A DNA stretch of 64,000 bases from Amphiscolops sp. MND2022 (Eukaryota), in NCBI GenBank assembly GCA_964187785.1, contig OZ076414.1, positions 23,498,001 to 23,562,000 of the forward strand, written 5' to 3'. This document shows positions 1-12,500 of this stretch, piece after piece (the first letter of the stretch is position 1; the number at the start of each line of letters is the position of its first letter). Below the pieces are notes generated by a model, which made no database searches, had not been told where the DNA came from, and was given only the letters and a program-made list of their open reading frames with translations. Both the position numbers and the translations under genes were made by a program.

Positions 1-712
1 CCTCACAGTAGTAATGAAGATTACGACACAATGCTTTCTGTAGCAAAAACTGCCCAGCTCTAACGGGAGCAAGTTTTTTCCAAATGGTCCGAATTTTTGT
101 TGAATTTATTCAGCTTCGTCAGTGATTTCAAATTGTTATGAAGAGGATATAAATTGTTTCTAGGATCATATTAAGAGGCTAAAAAGTAGCCAAAAAGTAG
201 TCATCTCTGAGAATTTTCGACACTGCGCGACTTCTTTCTCAATTTTTTTCTTACCCAAAGCAATCTTTCCTCGTTTTGAGATGAAAAAAACGTTTGAAAG
301 GGTTCAGAAAAGTTTTTTTCGGCGTCGTGCGATTTTTTAGAGTTTCAAGTGGGGCGCACACTTGAGATGCTCCCATCTTGTTTTCTTTTTTTTTCTTGCA
401 TCAATTCGCACATGATCTTTAATCAAGCAAACATTTCAAATGAGTTCTAGGACTTCACACTTTTCTTGGTGGGCTGCATGAACTTTCTCAAGTCCTTCGG
501 AATTTCTTTCACGTGCAGTTCCAAAATTCCACATGAGTGATGCTACAAGGTTCAAACAGTTCCACTTATGATAAAGCAATTCTCGAGGTTTTTGCTTTTT
601 CATTAGAATTATTAGACGTTCTAATGTTTTTTTTTTGATCGAATTCGAGAAATTTTTGCTTTTGTCAACACTTCTATCTGTTCGGTACTTGACAGTGTGA
701 AACAATGCTTAC

Positions 713-912
713 AGAATGAAGGTTACAGTGAAGGAAGTCCCAATGAGTAGCGCAATAAAACAACAGTTGGATGGGTTGTTTTGTTCTCTTTTTCCACCGC
801 ACTTATTGCGACATCTGCAACAACATATGCAACAGCAAACAATGGGAAAGAAGACGAGGAAGAGTAGCCCAGGGATGCCAATCAGGACTAGCACGGCCAT
901 CGTTGGAGCGAT
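713..912 (-). CDS. prom: Prominin (CD133-like) internal exon: TM1, Cys-rich cytoplasmic loop, TM2
   Basis: Acceptor ttttccag|ATC at 913/912 and donor CT|gtaagc at 713/712. Translation IAPTMAVLVLIGIPGLLFLVFFPIVCCCICCCRCRNKCGGKREQNNPSNCCFIALLIGTSFTVTFIL matches the prominin pattern GLLF..L.P.VG..FC.CRC.NKCGG between TM1 and TM2. Confidence 0.85.
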
Positions 913-1908
913 CTGGAAAAATAATTGGTCGATAAAACGGTTTCAGTGTATTTCGTCTAATGCGACTTCATCCTATCGCAGTTTTGATCATCTGTGTCTT
1001 GGATTTGAAATAATTTTGGAAAAAAAATCTAGTTGTTTTTTTCTTATAAAAAATCAATGATGAAACATTCATAGCATATTCTGGGAAGAATTCTGATATG
1101 GTAATTCAGGCAAAATAGTACCGAAAAAGGCGTAAATATGACATGGTGTTTTTGAAATGAAGAAGTTTGGAGATAACTCCTTGTCAAATAAGAAAAACTT
1201 AGATTTATTAATCACAATTTATTGTCAGTAGAACTAGCGGTAGGTCAAAGTGACTTGGGCTGAAATGTCCTGAAAGACATCTGATCTAACGCACTGGAAC
1301 TGCCTGTATAATCTTTGTAAGCAGTTAGTGATTTTAGTGATTAACTTACAATGAATATAATTGATAATTATTCTGCCGGAGCAAAAATTGAACTAACCGA
1401 GCCAAATTCTTTTCCCAGGTACGCAGGATCACCTTTTCTGAAAAAAAATCAAGGGTTCAGATTTTATTTTCAAAATTGGTATGATTCGAAGCATACTTTT
1501 GTACGACTAAAAGCCTCTTTTCTAAAAACATCGAAAAGAATTTATGAAAATATTCAATCGAACCCCTTTGAACACTCAGACACTACAGACCAATTACTCG
1601 TAGGACCTAACTTTAGGTTGATTGGGCGCTGTAAAATTAATTGATCAGCCCTTGAGTTGAGCTCTTCACTGAGGTCTAATCTTTAGCAAAATTGATATTT
1701 ACAAATATTTCATTTTGGTTCAAAAAGATCAACTTTCGGTCGATTTCCAACAACATTGAGCTTCAAAATGACGCTCATGATATATGTCAAAGCATTGGCA
1801 CCTGGGGTGTAAATGACCTTTATAAAAACTATCAACCCAACTTTTGAAATCCAAAATTAACAAACATTTGCACTGGCATCATTTTTGGTTGTCCATTAAA
1901 AAGCATCC

Positions 1909-2054
1909 AAATTTACGAAATGTTTGAAATTCTGAAACTAACCATATATTTTCAGTCAGATTCGAAAAGTTTTTAAGTTGTCGCGATTAAAAACTTTTCG
2001 AATCTGACTGAAAATATATGGTTAGTTTCAGAATTTCAAACATTTCGTAAATTT
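1909..2054. repeat. Perfect inverted repeat (68-bp arms, 10-nt loop) in a prominin intron
   Basis: 1909-1976 is the exact reverse complement of 1987-2054; the spacer is gttgtcgcga. Confidence 0.95.
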
Positions 2055-2171
2055 TTGAACCAACCTTCTCACAAACAACAGTGTAAAAACTATTCATCGC
2101 TTCTGTTTCAAAAATTATCTGCTCCAACAAAATCATTGCATCATCTAAGCAACATGAATGATTCAGCTAAC

Positions 2172-2229
2172 CCTTCAGTTGAATTAGGATTGTTCCCCGC
2201 AAAGTTCTGCAGCGCGTTGCCTACATCAC
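2172..2229 (-). CDS. Possible short prominin exon 2
   Basis: Acceptor gcttcag|GT at 2230/2229 is phase-compatible with exon 1 (W G|GT = GDVGNALQNFAGNNPNSTEG); donor GG|gttagc at 2172/2171. Its end phase (2) does not join directly to the phase-0 exon at 912, so another small exon or a different boundary is needed. Confidence 0.35.
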
Positions 2230-3396
2230 CTGAAGCAAACGCAAGGCTTTAGTAATGGGGATAAAAATAATTTTTCCGAAATAATTTTCCTAACGATGGA
2301 AATTTGTTACACCATGGAAACTCGATCAACTTTTAATGAATGGACAATTACGTTATATCAAAGCTAAGAATGCATTGACATTAATTCAACTGAAAAATTG
2401 CTCAATCCGTATTTCAATGCTGTGTAAGTACTTTCGAATTTCCTCAGTATTAGAATTTTCAGAACATTATAATAAGGAAGAAATCTATCCCTCCTGTGCG
2501 AAAATCAGAAAATTGCAAAGAGTGATTTTTTATCAACAAGGGTCAAAGTAACTGGCGATGTACAAAAAAGTACAAATCGTGGATCTTGTTTAAGCTGATT
2601 TCTTTTTGTTCCGGTGGTATTGAAACTGTCTGAGTATAAAATCCCAGTTGAAAACTTCCATGTTGAAAATCATGATCTGCAGCATGTTTCTTAACATCAC
2701 AGATTATGAAAATGCCCTGAGCTTACATCGGAGAACGTACATGAAGTCATCCAATGGTTTTTCTTCGAGGAGATCAAAGTTCTCCGAGCGTGCGAAAGTT
2801 TGCCGAAACTTTCGAGCAGTTTAATTTTTTTCATAGAACACTTTTTTCATTGTTCATGCTGAAAATATTTTGGGAACGCAAATATAATGGTATGGTCATG
2901 ACAAAAATGACGCATTTGGCGGAAAAAAAAGCAAAAACACAAAAGAGCAACAGTAGTCAGACATTTGTGACCTTGATCAACTCACTTTGAAACAAGAGCT
3001 TCAACCCTCACCATTTTTTGACCAATTGGCGCAAATATAGCCATAGCTTGCAATGAGGAGATTTGTTATAGTATCCGAAAAAGCACCGACTTTAAAAAGC
3101 AGAACTGCTTATTCGGCACCCCGCTATAATAAGGAAGTTAACTTTCTTCTAACTCTGTTCAACACGTGCGAGCAATATTTTGTATCTGTGACGATTCAAA
3201 GTATATATTCACGCCATCAAACTTCAATTTTTATTCAGCACAAATAATTTTTAAAACCCGTACCAATCCTTCCTTTGAATAGCCCTTTGCATAAAACAAT
3301 GTTACCAAAAGTTCGACTGATTGTGTTTGCACATTCCATTCGGTTAAATCATAGTCCAAGTAATTCTGATTCAAGAAATCTGATCAGAAAACTTAC

Positions 3397-3652
3397 CCCA
3401 AGGAATTCCGGAGGGGAAGACGAAATCAAAGAATCCAGCAACGATCCCTTTCAAGTAACCGTCCAGACTTCCAAAGTCAGCGTTGCTCTGCACAGTCACT
3501 TCTGTCGGGGTGTTTGTGGGAACCGGAAATGTCAGCGACTGGTTTGCTGCCACGCAAACTTCCGTTTGCTGGTTACACGGGGTCGATGGTTCAACATGGT
3601 CTAGACGCAGGGCCAGAGTTAGAAAAATTACAAGAATGTATACGGATATCAT
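3397..3652 (-). CDS. prom: Prominin first coding exon: signal peptide and start of extracellular domain 1
   Basis: ATG at 3652; hydrophobic signal peptide MISVYILVIFLTLALRL; FGSLDGYLKGIVAGFFDFVFPSGIPW resembles the prominin N-terminal G.L......F...V.P..FP segment; donor TGG G|gtaagt at 3397/3396; lies upstream of the TM1 exon on the same strand. Confidence 0.75.
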
Positions 3653-4227
3653 GTTCTGTAGTTACAAAGTATTATAGTAGTATACAAAGCGCTGTTTTAA
3701 ATTGTTCAAGTGTTTTGTCAAGAATTTTTGATGTATTTGGTGAAGCTTTCAGCTCACAGTCGTCAATCTTCAATTATAATGAAAAGAATTTTGCCAGTTC
3801 AAACATTTTTGGCTCTCTGATTGCTTTTTTTACGTCAAGTGTTGTCGTTGGCTAGCTCAAGAATTACGTCATCAAAAGCGTTTTTGTGCGTAATGTGTAT
3901 AATTCGAGCTTATATATAATCTACTTCATCTCTCATTGTTGTGGTATTTTAACCAACGTAAGCAATGTTGCTACATTAGTACTAGCAGCTGAACATTTTG
4001 GTTAAGAAAAGCGCAGAATGGTTAAAAATAATGACGCCAGTAGCATTCAGCTGGCAATTGTTTAAAACCTTGGTGTGATTAAAGATACACTTGAATGTTA
4101 AAAAATCTGGCCTGTTGAAAAAAGCAAAACTCTGATTTTTTGTGAAGTTGATTATGACGTAACAAATGAACTCAGCGACTGAAAACAAAATGAGAAACCG
4201 ACTGAATTTTACAAGAAAAAGTTGAGA

Positions 4228-4626
4228 CCACCCATGTTGAGCTTTCGTTCAGAATCTGTACAGATCTGTGATCCTAATAGCCTTGGGGATCTTTAAAGAT
4301 CGTGCCAATGCTACGTAAGGACAACGGCAGATCTGCAAGGATCTTTACAGATGTTCAAAGATTTTCCGCACAGATTTTTCAGGAAAAATTTCTCCGGACT
4401 TTCCAGTGAAACAATGTACTTCGTTTTCGGGCTTCTTCAACAAGTATTTTAGCTGACTAAGGCTCAATTAAGAGGAGGTCTGTTTATCTTGTAAGCACTT
4501 TTTATTCAACTAATTTCATTTTCAATACTGTATTATGACTAGTTAATTTTTGACAAATCCTGGATTATCTGTCACGATCTGTACATATCTTTACAGATTC
4601 GCAGGCAGTGCTCAACATGCCAGGGT
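4228..4626. mobile_element. Possible small degraded TIR element (CMC-like MITE)
   Basis: Left end ...catgttgagc...gaatctgtacagatctgtga mirrors right end ...cagattcgcaggcagtgctcaacatgccaggg, whose reverse complement starts CCCTGGCATGTTGAGC (fits CMCWR). Internal agatct-type repeats. The left terminus is degenerate. Confidence 0.35.
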
Positions 4627-4879
4627 TAGTCCAGTCGATCGTTTCAGTAATACTGAAAACGATCAGTTCCAAAAAACCAGAATTGTAAAAAAATATTCAA
4701 ATTTATTTTGGAAAAAAAATACTTCAAAGAAAATGATTCCCTTAAAAATAAGGTATTTTTATGTTTAAAAATATTTATCCAATTTTAGCAGCAACGTTAT
4801 GAACATTTTTAATGATCCATAAACGTTTGTTAGCAAATAGGATGTTTTAGTCAGTTCTCATACGTCCATGTAATCTTTT

Positions 4880-6190
4880 CACTACGAGCTTTTTTGACTG
4901 TAACTACCTCTTGTTGAATTGAATGAAAATATAATCATCAGTTTTGTCCAATGTTTCCAGGTGACCCGGTCGTGAATGTGTGGCAGTTTCGTCACCCTAA
5001 TGCGATTTGCAGTTTCCGTTCGAGGCACTCGTTTCCGTTTTTGATGGCTTAACTTTCCTTTTTTTCGATTTTTTCATCAAATGTTCCTTCATTTCTCATC
5101 GTACGGTAGAAAAATCAGGCATTGTTTTACTCCAGAACGCGATACTCAAATTTGATCAACCAGTTGTTACCAATGAGCAATTTTTGTCTTTCTGTGGCAA
5201 TAAGTACTCTTTCCTTTTTGATTGATTTTTTCCGCATTTCTACATGAACCGTTTATGGAACCCAGTAAATTCAAATTATTTCTGTTATATTCGACATACT
5301 CGTCCCCATCAAGCAGTGTTCGGGCGAATATCAAGTCTAACTTGAAAGTGTTTGCGAATCGTCCTGACTGAAGATCGTCACCGGTGATTCTGAGTCGATC
5401 ATTTCATTCATTTTGCCTCTCATAATGAAAGGTGAACCGTTTCCACTCAAATGCAAGACCATATGGAATATTCCATCATCGTCATTACTACTGGCTGACC
5501 TCCTTCGTCCAAACTTACTAAATGAGCCCTCTATTTTCAAGCTGAGTGTTTTTAGAAATTTGCCTCGACCACAATAGCGGCAAACTTGTAGCTTGCTGCA
5601 CACTTTTGCTTAATGACAGATTACTCCAGTGTTACGGTTTTCATCTTGCTTTGGCTTGAATACTTGTAAACGTTTTGGAACGAACTCAAATCCACATCGT
5701 TTCTGGATTTTTTTTAACTTTGTACAAACACGTTTTGCACAAATGGGTTTTTATATATCTTCCGCAAGAAAAAAGTGAACTTTTGTAATAGTCTTTTTCA
5801 ACGTTTCTTGATATTTCTTCAACATTCGCGATAATGTTGGGTCGCAACTGTTGCAACTGCTATCCCTAAACCTATCCGTTAGACTATGGCGTCATGCTAA
5901 TCTCAGTAACATAAACAAGATGCTGATAACCTTCGCCGTCAGTTGTCTTCTCGTTCAAACTGTTATTATGTCGATGTTCGAGTCGGCTGATTAAATGATA
6001 TTGAAGAATATTGATAATGAAGAAGGTTGCACCATCACGCACACTCTGTTTTAGGTAGAGTTTCTAACACATCGCAAAATTTTGGTAATAATTCCGCTGC
6101 AGACGAAGACGAAATGCCTGCCTTTTTTCAGACGTCGAAGACTCTGCTTGCAGTGCCATGTTATAACCTTATAACCTCCTGCTCAACTAG
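4880..6190 (-). mobile_element. Degraded Gypsy LTR-retrotransposon 5' fragment (LTR end, PBS, gag zinc knuckle, protease), abutting the LINE at ~6190
   Basis: Minus strand ...ATAACA|TGGCACTGCAAGCAGAG at 6159/6158 resembles an LTR end plus PBS. ORF 5337-5603 has VCRYCGRG (knuckle-like) and NGSPFIMRGKMNEMIDSESPVTIF (cf. protease IDSGSPVT of the element at 43728-46070). Left boundary approximate. Confidence 0.55.
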
Positions 6191-6194
6191 AATT

Positions 6195-8280
6195 ACAACA
6201 CAAATATTATAGAAAAAGCATTGCGGCGATGTGCACCCAAGAAAACAGTTTTTATTAGAAATGATAGAAACAAGCTAACAATAGAGCAAAAACGGATAAA
6301 GGAGAAAACAAAAAACTTTTACCAGAAAATTAACTCTAATATGGAACCACAGTCGTTAACTTACCAGCAAATTCAAAATAACCTAATAGAAAATATTAAC
6401 TCTAATCGTTCAGATTTTCAAATTGAATATTCCAATAATCTGAAATCTGAACGTGACAGATGGAATATCATCAACGACACCAGGAACAGTAAACGATTGA
6501 AAACAGAAATCCTCAGTCTGAAAAACAGCTTCGGCGACATAGTCACCGACCAAAAACGATTTGCAAACTTACTGAACTACCGGTTCTCAAAATTAGGAGA
6601 GTATTTCGGACAGGCCAGACAATATATGAGTACTACCTCGAAAGAAATACAAAACAATAATAGAAAATTCAGCCTTTAGCCCATAAGCATATTAGAATGC
6701 AAAAAACATTTGAAACGTTTAAATAAAAACAAACTTTTAGGCCCATCCGACATCCCAGCTTGGGCGCTGAAAGTTTGTTCAAATTTACTAGCTGAACCGC
6801 TTTGCTTCGTGATAAATGCTTTTATTGAAGAAGGTAAATTTCCAGAGCACCTAAAACAAGCCCATGTAATACCGATCTTTAAAAAGGGTGATAATGAAGA
6901 TCCTGATAATTACAGACCATTATCAATCACATCTTCTCTAGCAAAAGTTGTCGAACATATCCTAAGAGAACAAATGAACGAATACCTTGAAAGGAACAAA
7001 ATCCTGGGCCCAATGCAATTTGGGTTCCGAGCAAAATATTCAACAACGGATGCATTACTATTCGCTACGGAAAATATAAGAAAGGATCTAGATGCCAATC
7101 GAAGCACAGCAGCTGCTTTCTTAGACCTATCTAAAGCATTCAATTCGATGTCTCGTGAACTCCTTTCAAAAAAATTGCATCATCTCTATTTTGATGAAAA
7201 GTCAATCAAAATGATATAGAGTTTTTTAACTGAAAGATGTCAAATAGTTAAATTATCCACATGTAACTCAGATTGGATTCAACTATACCAAGGTGTTCCA
7301 CAAGGGACCGTTCTCGGAGCACTTCTTTTCAACATCTATGTTAATGACATGCAACAATCTGTCATGGAAAATTGTAATTTAATCCAATATGCTGATGATA
7401 CTATGATCTTTAGTTCACATAACGATCTAACGGAAGCTCGTAATAATTTACAACAAACAATAGAAAGCCTTGTCAATTTCTGCGAGAGTCACCAGTTAAC
7501 AATCAAAGCAGACAAAACGGAGTTTATCTGTTTTTGTAAACCATCTAAAAACGGTTTTGCCAGAAATCATACCTTGAAGGTTAAAAATCAAATTATCAAT
7601 ACATCAACAACTGTGAAATACTTAGGCGTTTATCTGGACCAGAAATTGAAATTTCATGATGAAGTGAAAAACATCCTCTGGAAAATGGCTACCGGCATCA
7701 AAACATTTTAGGCGATACGTGATACTTTTCCAATTGCGACACGTTTATTATTACTCAATGTCTTAGTTCTTAGTCACCTACATTATTCTGCTATCCTACT
7801 AACTGGCATCACTGAAAACTTGATTTCAACTCTCGAGAAACAGTTAAATTGGGGAATCAAAGCCTGTTTCAATAGATCTAAGTTTGACCATTCAACGAAT
7901 CGTAAAATACGACATAAAATCCTCCCTGTCCGATATTTTTTAGATTATAAATGCCTTTCACTCCTTTGGAAATATAAAAATAACTTGATTCCAGCTTTGA
8001 ATAACAAGCTACAGTTGCCGACTGCAAAGATAATGATACATAAGAGAACACAAACTGAATACTCTGATATGACAATAAGATCTGAATTTCTTCGCAACTG
8101 TTTCTTTAAAAGAACACTACCCTTGTGGGACACTCTCCCGAGAAACATGATAAGGAGAATATCTCATACGAAACCATGAAAAAAAAGAATCAAATCTTTT
8201 CCCTTCAAACAATACGAAAATGATATAGACCGACCACAATATGGAATAAAATGTTGGAGTGTTTACCGTTTTACATAATT
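6195..8280 (+). mobile_element. 5'-truncated, degraded non-LTR retrotransposon (CR1/L2-type LINE ORF2, reverse transcriptase)
   Basis: ORFs 6221-6679, 6710-7219, 7349-7711 and 7820-8179 carry YRPLSITSSLAKVVE, QFGFRAKYSTTDAL, FLDLSKAF, GVPQGTVLG.LLFNIYVND (read at ~7291-7350), YADD and KYLGVYLD. Several in-frame stops; no endonuclease domain seen. Ends approximate. Confidence 0.92.
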
Positions 8281-8849
8281 TGTCCCATTAATCACCCCCT
8301 TTTACATACCCTCAATTACGCTTTTTAACACTTATATTGTATATATACACGCCTCTTGAAATGGAATGGCATTTTTTATACTATTTCAAGTTGGAAATAC
8401 AGTGTTTTTTTAGTATTGACGGAGACCTGAGAGTAAACTTCAACAAAGTTTCACTGGATCATACGGAAATAAAATCTTGATGCTTTTCAAAAACCTTGTG
8501 AGGTCTGTTTATCAACCTTTTTATTACCCTTTACCTCCTGCAAGTTCAAAGTGTGTAAAGAACTTTTTCTATGCCACATTTACTTTTTGCGGCAATCCAC
8601 GGTAAATCTAGGTACACAAAAATTAGTATTCTACAACCTAGCTCCATGAGTTTTATCTTTTAACTTTCAATGTAAATAAACAGCTTCGTTTTTCATTTTG
8701 AGGCTGAGTTTCAATTCTCATCACTTCCGAATCGCGTGACGATTTTGTTTTATTTTTGTTTCAATACACCAAACTTTCATCCAACTTCTTTTAAGCTTTT
8801 TTTTCCCGATTTTTCTTTCCTTTCAATTTTTTTTACATTTTTGATGTTC

Positions 8850-9108
8850 CGTACAAAACCGGACGAGACTGAAGGGACCCATTTCTCAATTTTTTTAGCG
8901 CTATGAGACCGTTTTTGTCTATTCGAAGTCCCCTGAAGTGCTATATCATATAAAATTTTTGACGTTTTATTCGAACTATATTGCGTTTTATCAAGGAAGA
9001 GGCGGAGGTTCGAAAATGAAATTTTTCATGAAAACGTCCTACTCATAGTTTAAAAACTGCGCTTTTTGAGCCTTAGATATAGCGCCGACTTCAGAAGTTC
9101 CCGTTGTT
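8850..9108 (+). mobile_element. 3' part of a DINE-1/HINE-like non-autonomous repeat
   Basis: Ends ttgagccttagatatAGCGCCGACTtcagaagttcccgttgtt (subTIR at 9081-9090), matching the 3' ends of the copies at 33041-33765 and 52410-52930. Confidence 0.5.
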
Positions 9109-9374
9109 ATCCCAAAAAAGAATTTCGGGAAAGTCTCCTAACGAAACTTTCTAACGTCGAGCACACTCCTCAATTTAGAGCGCCGAGGCGACATGTTGGC
9201 ACACTCCAATTCCACGCACGTTTCTGAAGGACGTAAAAACAGATTTTCAGCCCGGACCTTGCTACTTATTTCTGAGGTCCAAAACGTCATTTGGGCCGAC
9301 GTACATTTTAGTGACTAAATTAGGTGAAAACATAACATCTAACAGATCAAATATCTGAAATAATGCATGGTATT

Positions 9375-9588
9375 TGTCATATTCGGTTCATTCCGGTATT
9401 TGACACCTACTGGATTCCGGTTGATGAAACTGTCTAACCTATCTGTTTGTTGATATACAAAACGTTGCTACATATTAAATTAGGTACTACAGTATGAACA
9501 TTTTGGTATCTACAATATTGTCAGCAAACTATAGACATTCTCTTAACTTTTTCTTTTAAGTTAGAGCTTAGTTAGTGAGAACAAAACA
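9375..9588 (+). repeat. 5' LTR of the decayed Gypsy
   Basis: TGTCATATTCGG...GTGAGAACAAAACA, homologous to 14143-14354 and followed by a PBS. Confidence 0.85.
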
Positions 9589-12500
9589 TGGCACAGTCCG
9601 CCAATTTTTAAACAAATTGAAACCTTCCTAATAAAACAAAGCCATGACAGACGAAAATACAGTACCGAACGTAGAGGCAAGGGCTTCGGATGGAAATGCG
9701 ATATTCACACCGAGACAGTGGTTAGAACGATTTCAGCAGCTTACTAAATGGGAACATAAAATAGATCACGCGCCACTAATAAAAGGAGAAGAAATCACAG
9801 CAACCGAGTGGACTGGAAAAGAACAAACTATCCAGGAAGATTTCATTTGGGGAGTGGGACCCGAAGCATTGTATCAAATAACCCGTGCCGAGTATAAAAC
9901 GGAACCGGACAGTATCAAAATCATAGAATGAAGTCAATCAAATTCACCGAATACTGAGTTTTGGAGAAGACTGATCGAAATCGAAAAAGAGTGCAATTCC
10001 AGCGCAATCACAGTCGAAGAACTACTGATATCCCATTAAATGACAAAAATTACCGATAAAAATTACGGGACAAAATGATAAAAAAAGACACTAGAACTGA
10101 AAAAAGACGATAGATTTAAGCAAACAAATCACATATGAAAAGAAGAACAAGAAAAACACAATACAGGAGGCACTAATTTCGGCAAAAGAAACACACACAA
10201 TAAAAGAAGAAGCGGTACAAAGAATGGAAAAATTCAGTGCAAGACCAAAAATCAGACCGACAGAAAGTAGACCATGCGGATTTTGCGGGGCACCGAGCTG
10301 GACACCATTACATGAATGTCCAGCAAAAGAAACAAATTGCAACAAATGCGGAAGAAAAGGACACGCAAAGGTATGTAGACAAAACGATACCAACAACCGA
10401 ACAGTGAAAAGACTAATCAAAGAAGAAACCGACCACTGAGATGAAATATCAAGTGACTCAGAAGAAAATCAATACCACAAAAATGAGATGAAGAAAATCG
10501 AAGAAAAGAACAAGCATTATACGGCAACAGTGAGAATAGAAGGAAGAAAGAAAGAATCATAATTGACACCGCATCACCGAGAACGATAATGCCCCCGGAC
10601 GAAAATATACAGGAATCAACCGGAATACAGAAAATCACAAACAGATACCAAGACCTGAATAAGAACGAAGTAGTTTTCCGCGGAATGATTCCGGTAGATG
10701 TGAAAAACGAAAACAACAAACAAAAAATGGAAATCATGATAACAGAAAGAACAGATATAATATCATTACTAGGGATGGACTGGATGAAGAAATTCAAGCT
10801 AACACTTGGTAGAATACAATTTGCCAAAAACAATCAATCAGAACGCGAGAAAATGTTCAATAGATTTCCAGATTTGTTTGAAAAGCATGAAGCGATGAAA
10901 GACACCGGAATGAACATCCAACTAAAAGCGGGACATTACCCGTTTAAACAAAAAACCAGACCGGTACCTCTTCACCTACAAGAGGATGTGGGACGAGATT
11001 TAAAAAAAGTGATAAAAACAGGACATTTGGAAAAAACCCAACGATCGGAATGAAGATTGTTATGTATCACGGGTGATAATAACCGTGAAGAGTGATAAAT
11101 CGGTAAAAATAGCATTGGACTCACGGAAACTAAATAATAGCTGCATCAAAATGAGACCACATGCGCCGAACAAGGAGGGGCTATTAAATCTAATTTCGAT
11201 AGAAATCACCCTCAACCGAACTGCTCCACTGTTCAAATCAAAAGTAGTTTTAGATTACACATACGGACAGATTAAATTTTCAAAAGGAAGAAGCCGACGA
11301 TGCGTATTGGCGATATAACCAGAAGAAAGTTTAGCGGATAATACCGATTCCAAAAAGGGTTTTACGGTTTCTCTGATATACCCACAAAATTAAAGAAAAA
11401 AATTGACCGAACGCTGGGATACATTACACTCGCTTGACAAGACGACATCATGGAGATATCGCAGACAGCAATTTGAAATTTTTTACCAATTATTTCAGTA
11501 GAAGTCTGATAGGGGGAGCCGCGCCGGAAAAAAATTACGATGAAGAATTCCTAGTCAACATCCTTTCCGAACCAGCAGATTTATATTAGAAACACGGACA
11601 ACTATTCGCGGACCAATAAAAACGCAGCAAAACCACAACCGAAAGAAAAAAGAATGATTCCGATAACAAAAATCAGAACAGAACGAACCAATCACAAGCA
11701 AATTGAACATTCGAGAACAAAAACCACGTGAACGAAATCAAACAAAACAAAATAACAACATCCGGGCAGTCCGATATTAGCACTTTGAAAAGCAGTCAAC
11801 TGCTCAAAGATAAAGAAAGTGAGAAAATGGATGACGAAAATTTTTACAATTTGGGGGCTGATGGAGATGATGGACAATATTAGAAGGAGAAAATACAGCC
11901 CCGAGACAAGAAAGGTGGTGGAACAACAGAACGCGCTATCCCGGCGGAAACATTGAGACGCCGGTATGACCACCAAACGCAAAGAACGATATTTGCACCA
12001 TCCGGTCCCAACAGGCGCGAGAGAAGAGATTGCCGAGATTGATGCGGAATTGATCCGGAGAACAAATAGAATTAGAGGAGGCCCCTAACCGTTAGAAATT
12101 GAAGAGAAGAAGAAGAACCGGAAGAAATACGGGAAGAAGGAGAATTTGCACAAGCAGCCGAGACCGAAGAAGACAGCGTAATCATGCGGGGCGACAATTT
12201 ACTGATTGTGGATTTGACAAAATACAACACCGACGGCAAAGAAGCAAAATATATACAGATAAACCACATCGTCGGAAAACTCACCACAAACAAAAACGTA
12301 ACCGAGGACAATATCAGGAAGGCGGAATTCGAATTTTTCATGGATCTGAAAACCCTGATTTCCAAAGCAGTAATCGATCCAGAATTGACCGGAGTCAGAA
12401 TTAGCATGCGCGCGAGAGGACAGAGAATCGATCCTGTACGGCTACCGAGCAGTTTACAACAACCTCTCAGTCGGATGGGGCCTCATATCCGTCGACGACC

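Noticed and set aside
436-705. 89-aa minus-strand ORF right after the prominin TM exon
   Set aside because: Starts inside the intron, has no convincing acceptor and no prominin-like sequence.
1350-1372. 23-nt segment with good AG/GT sites as a prominin micro-exon
   Set aside because: No phase combination with the flanking exons restores the frame without a stop.
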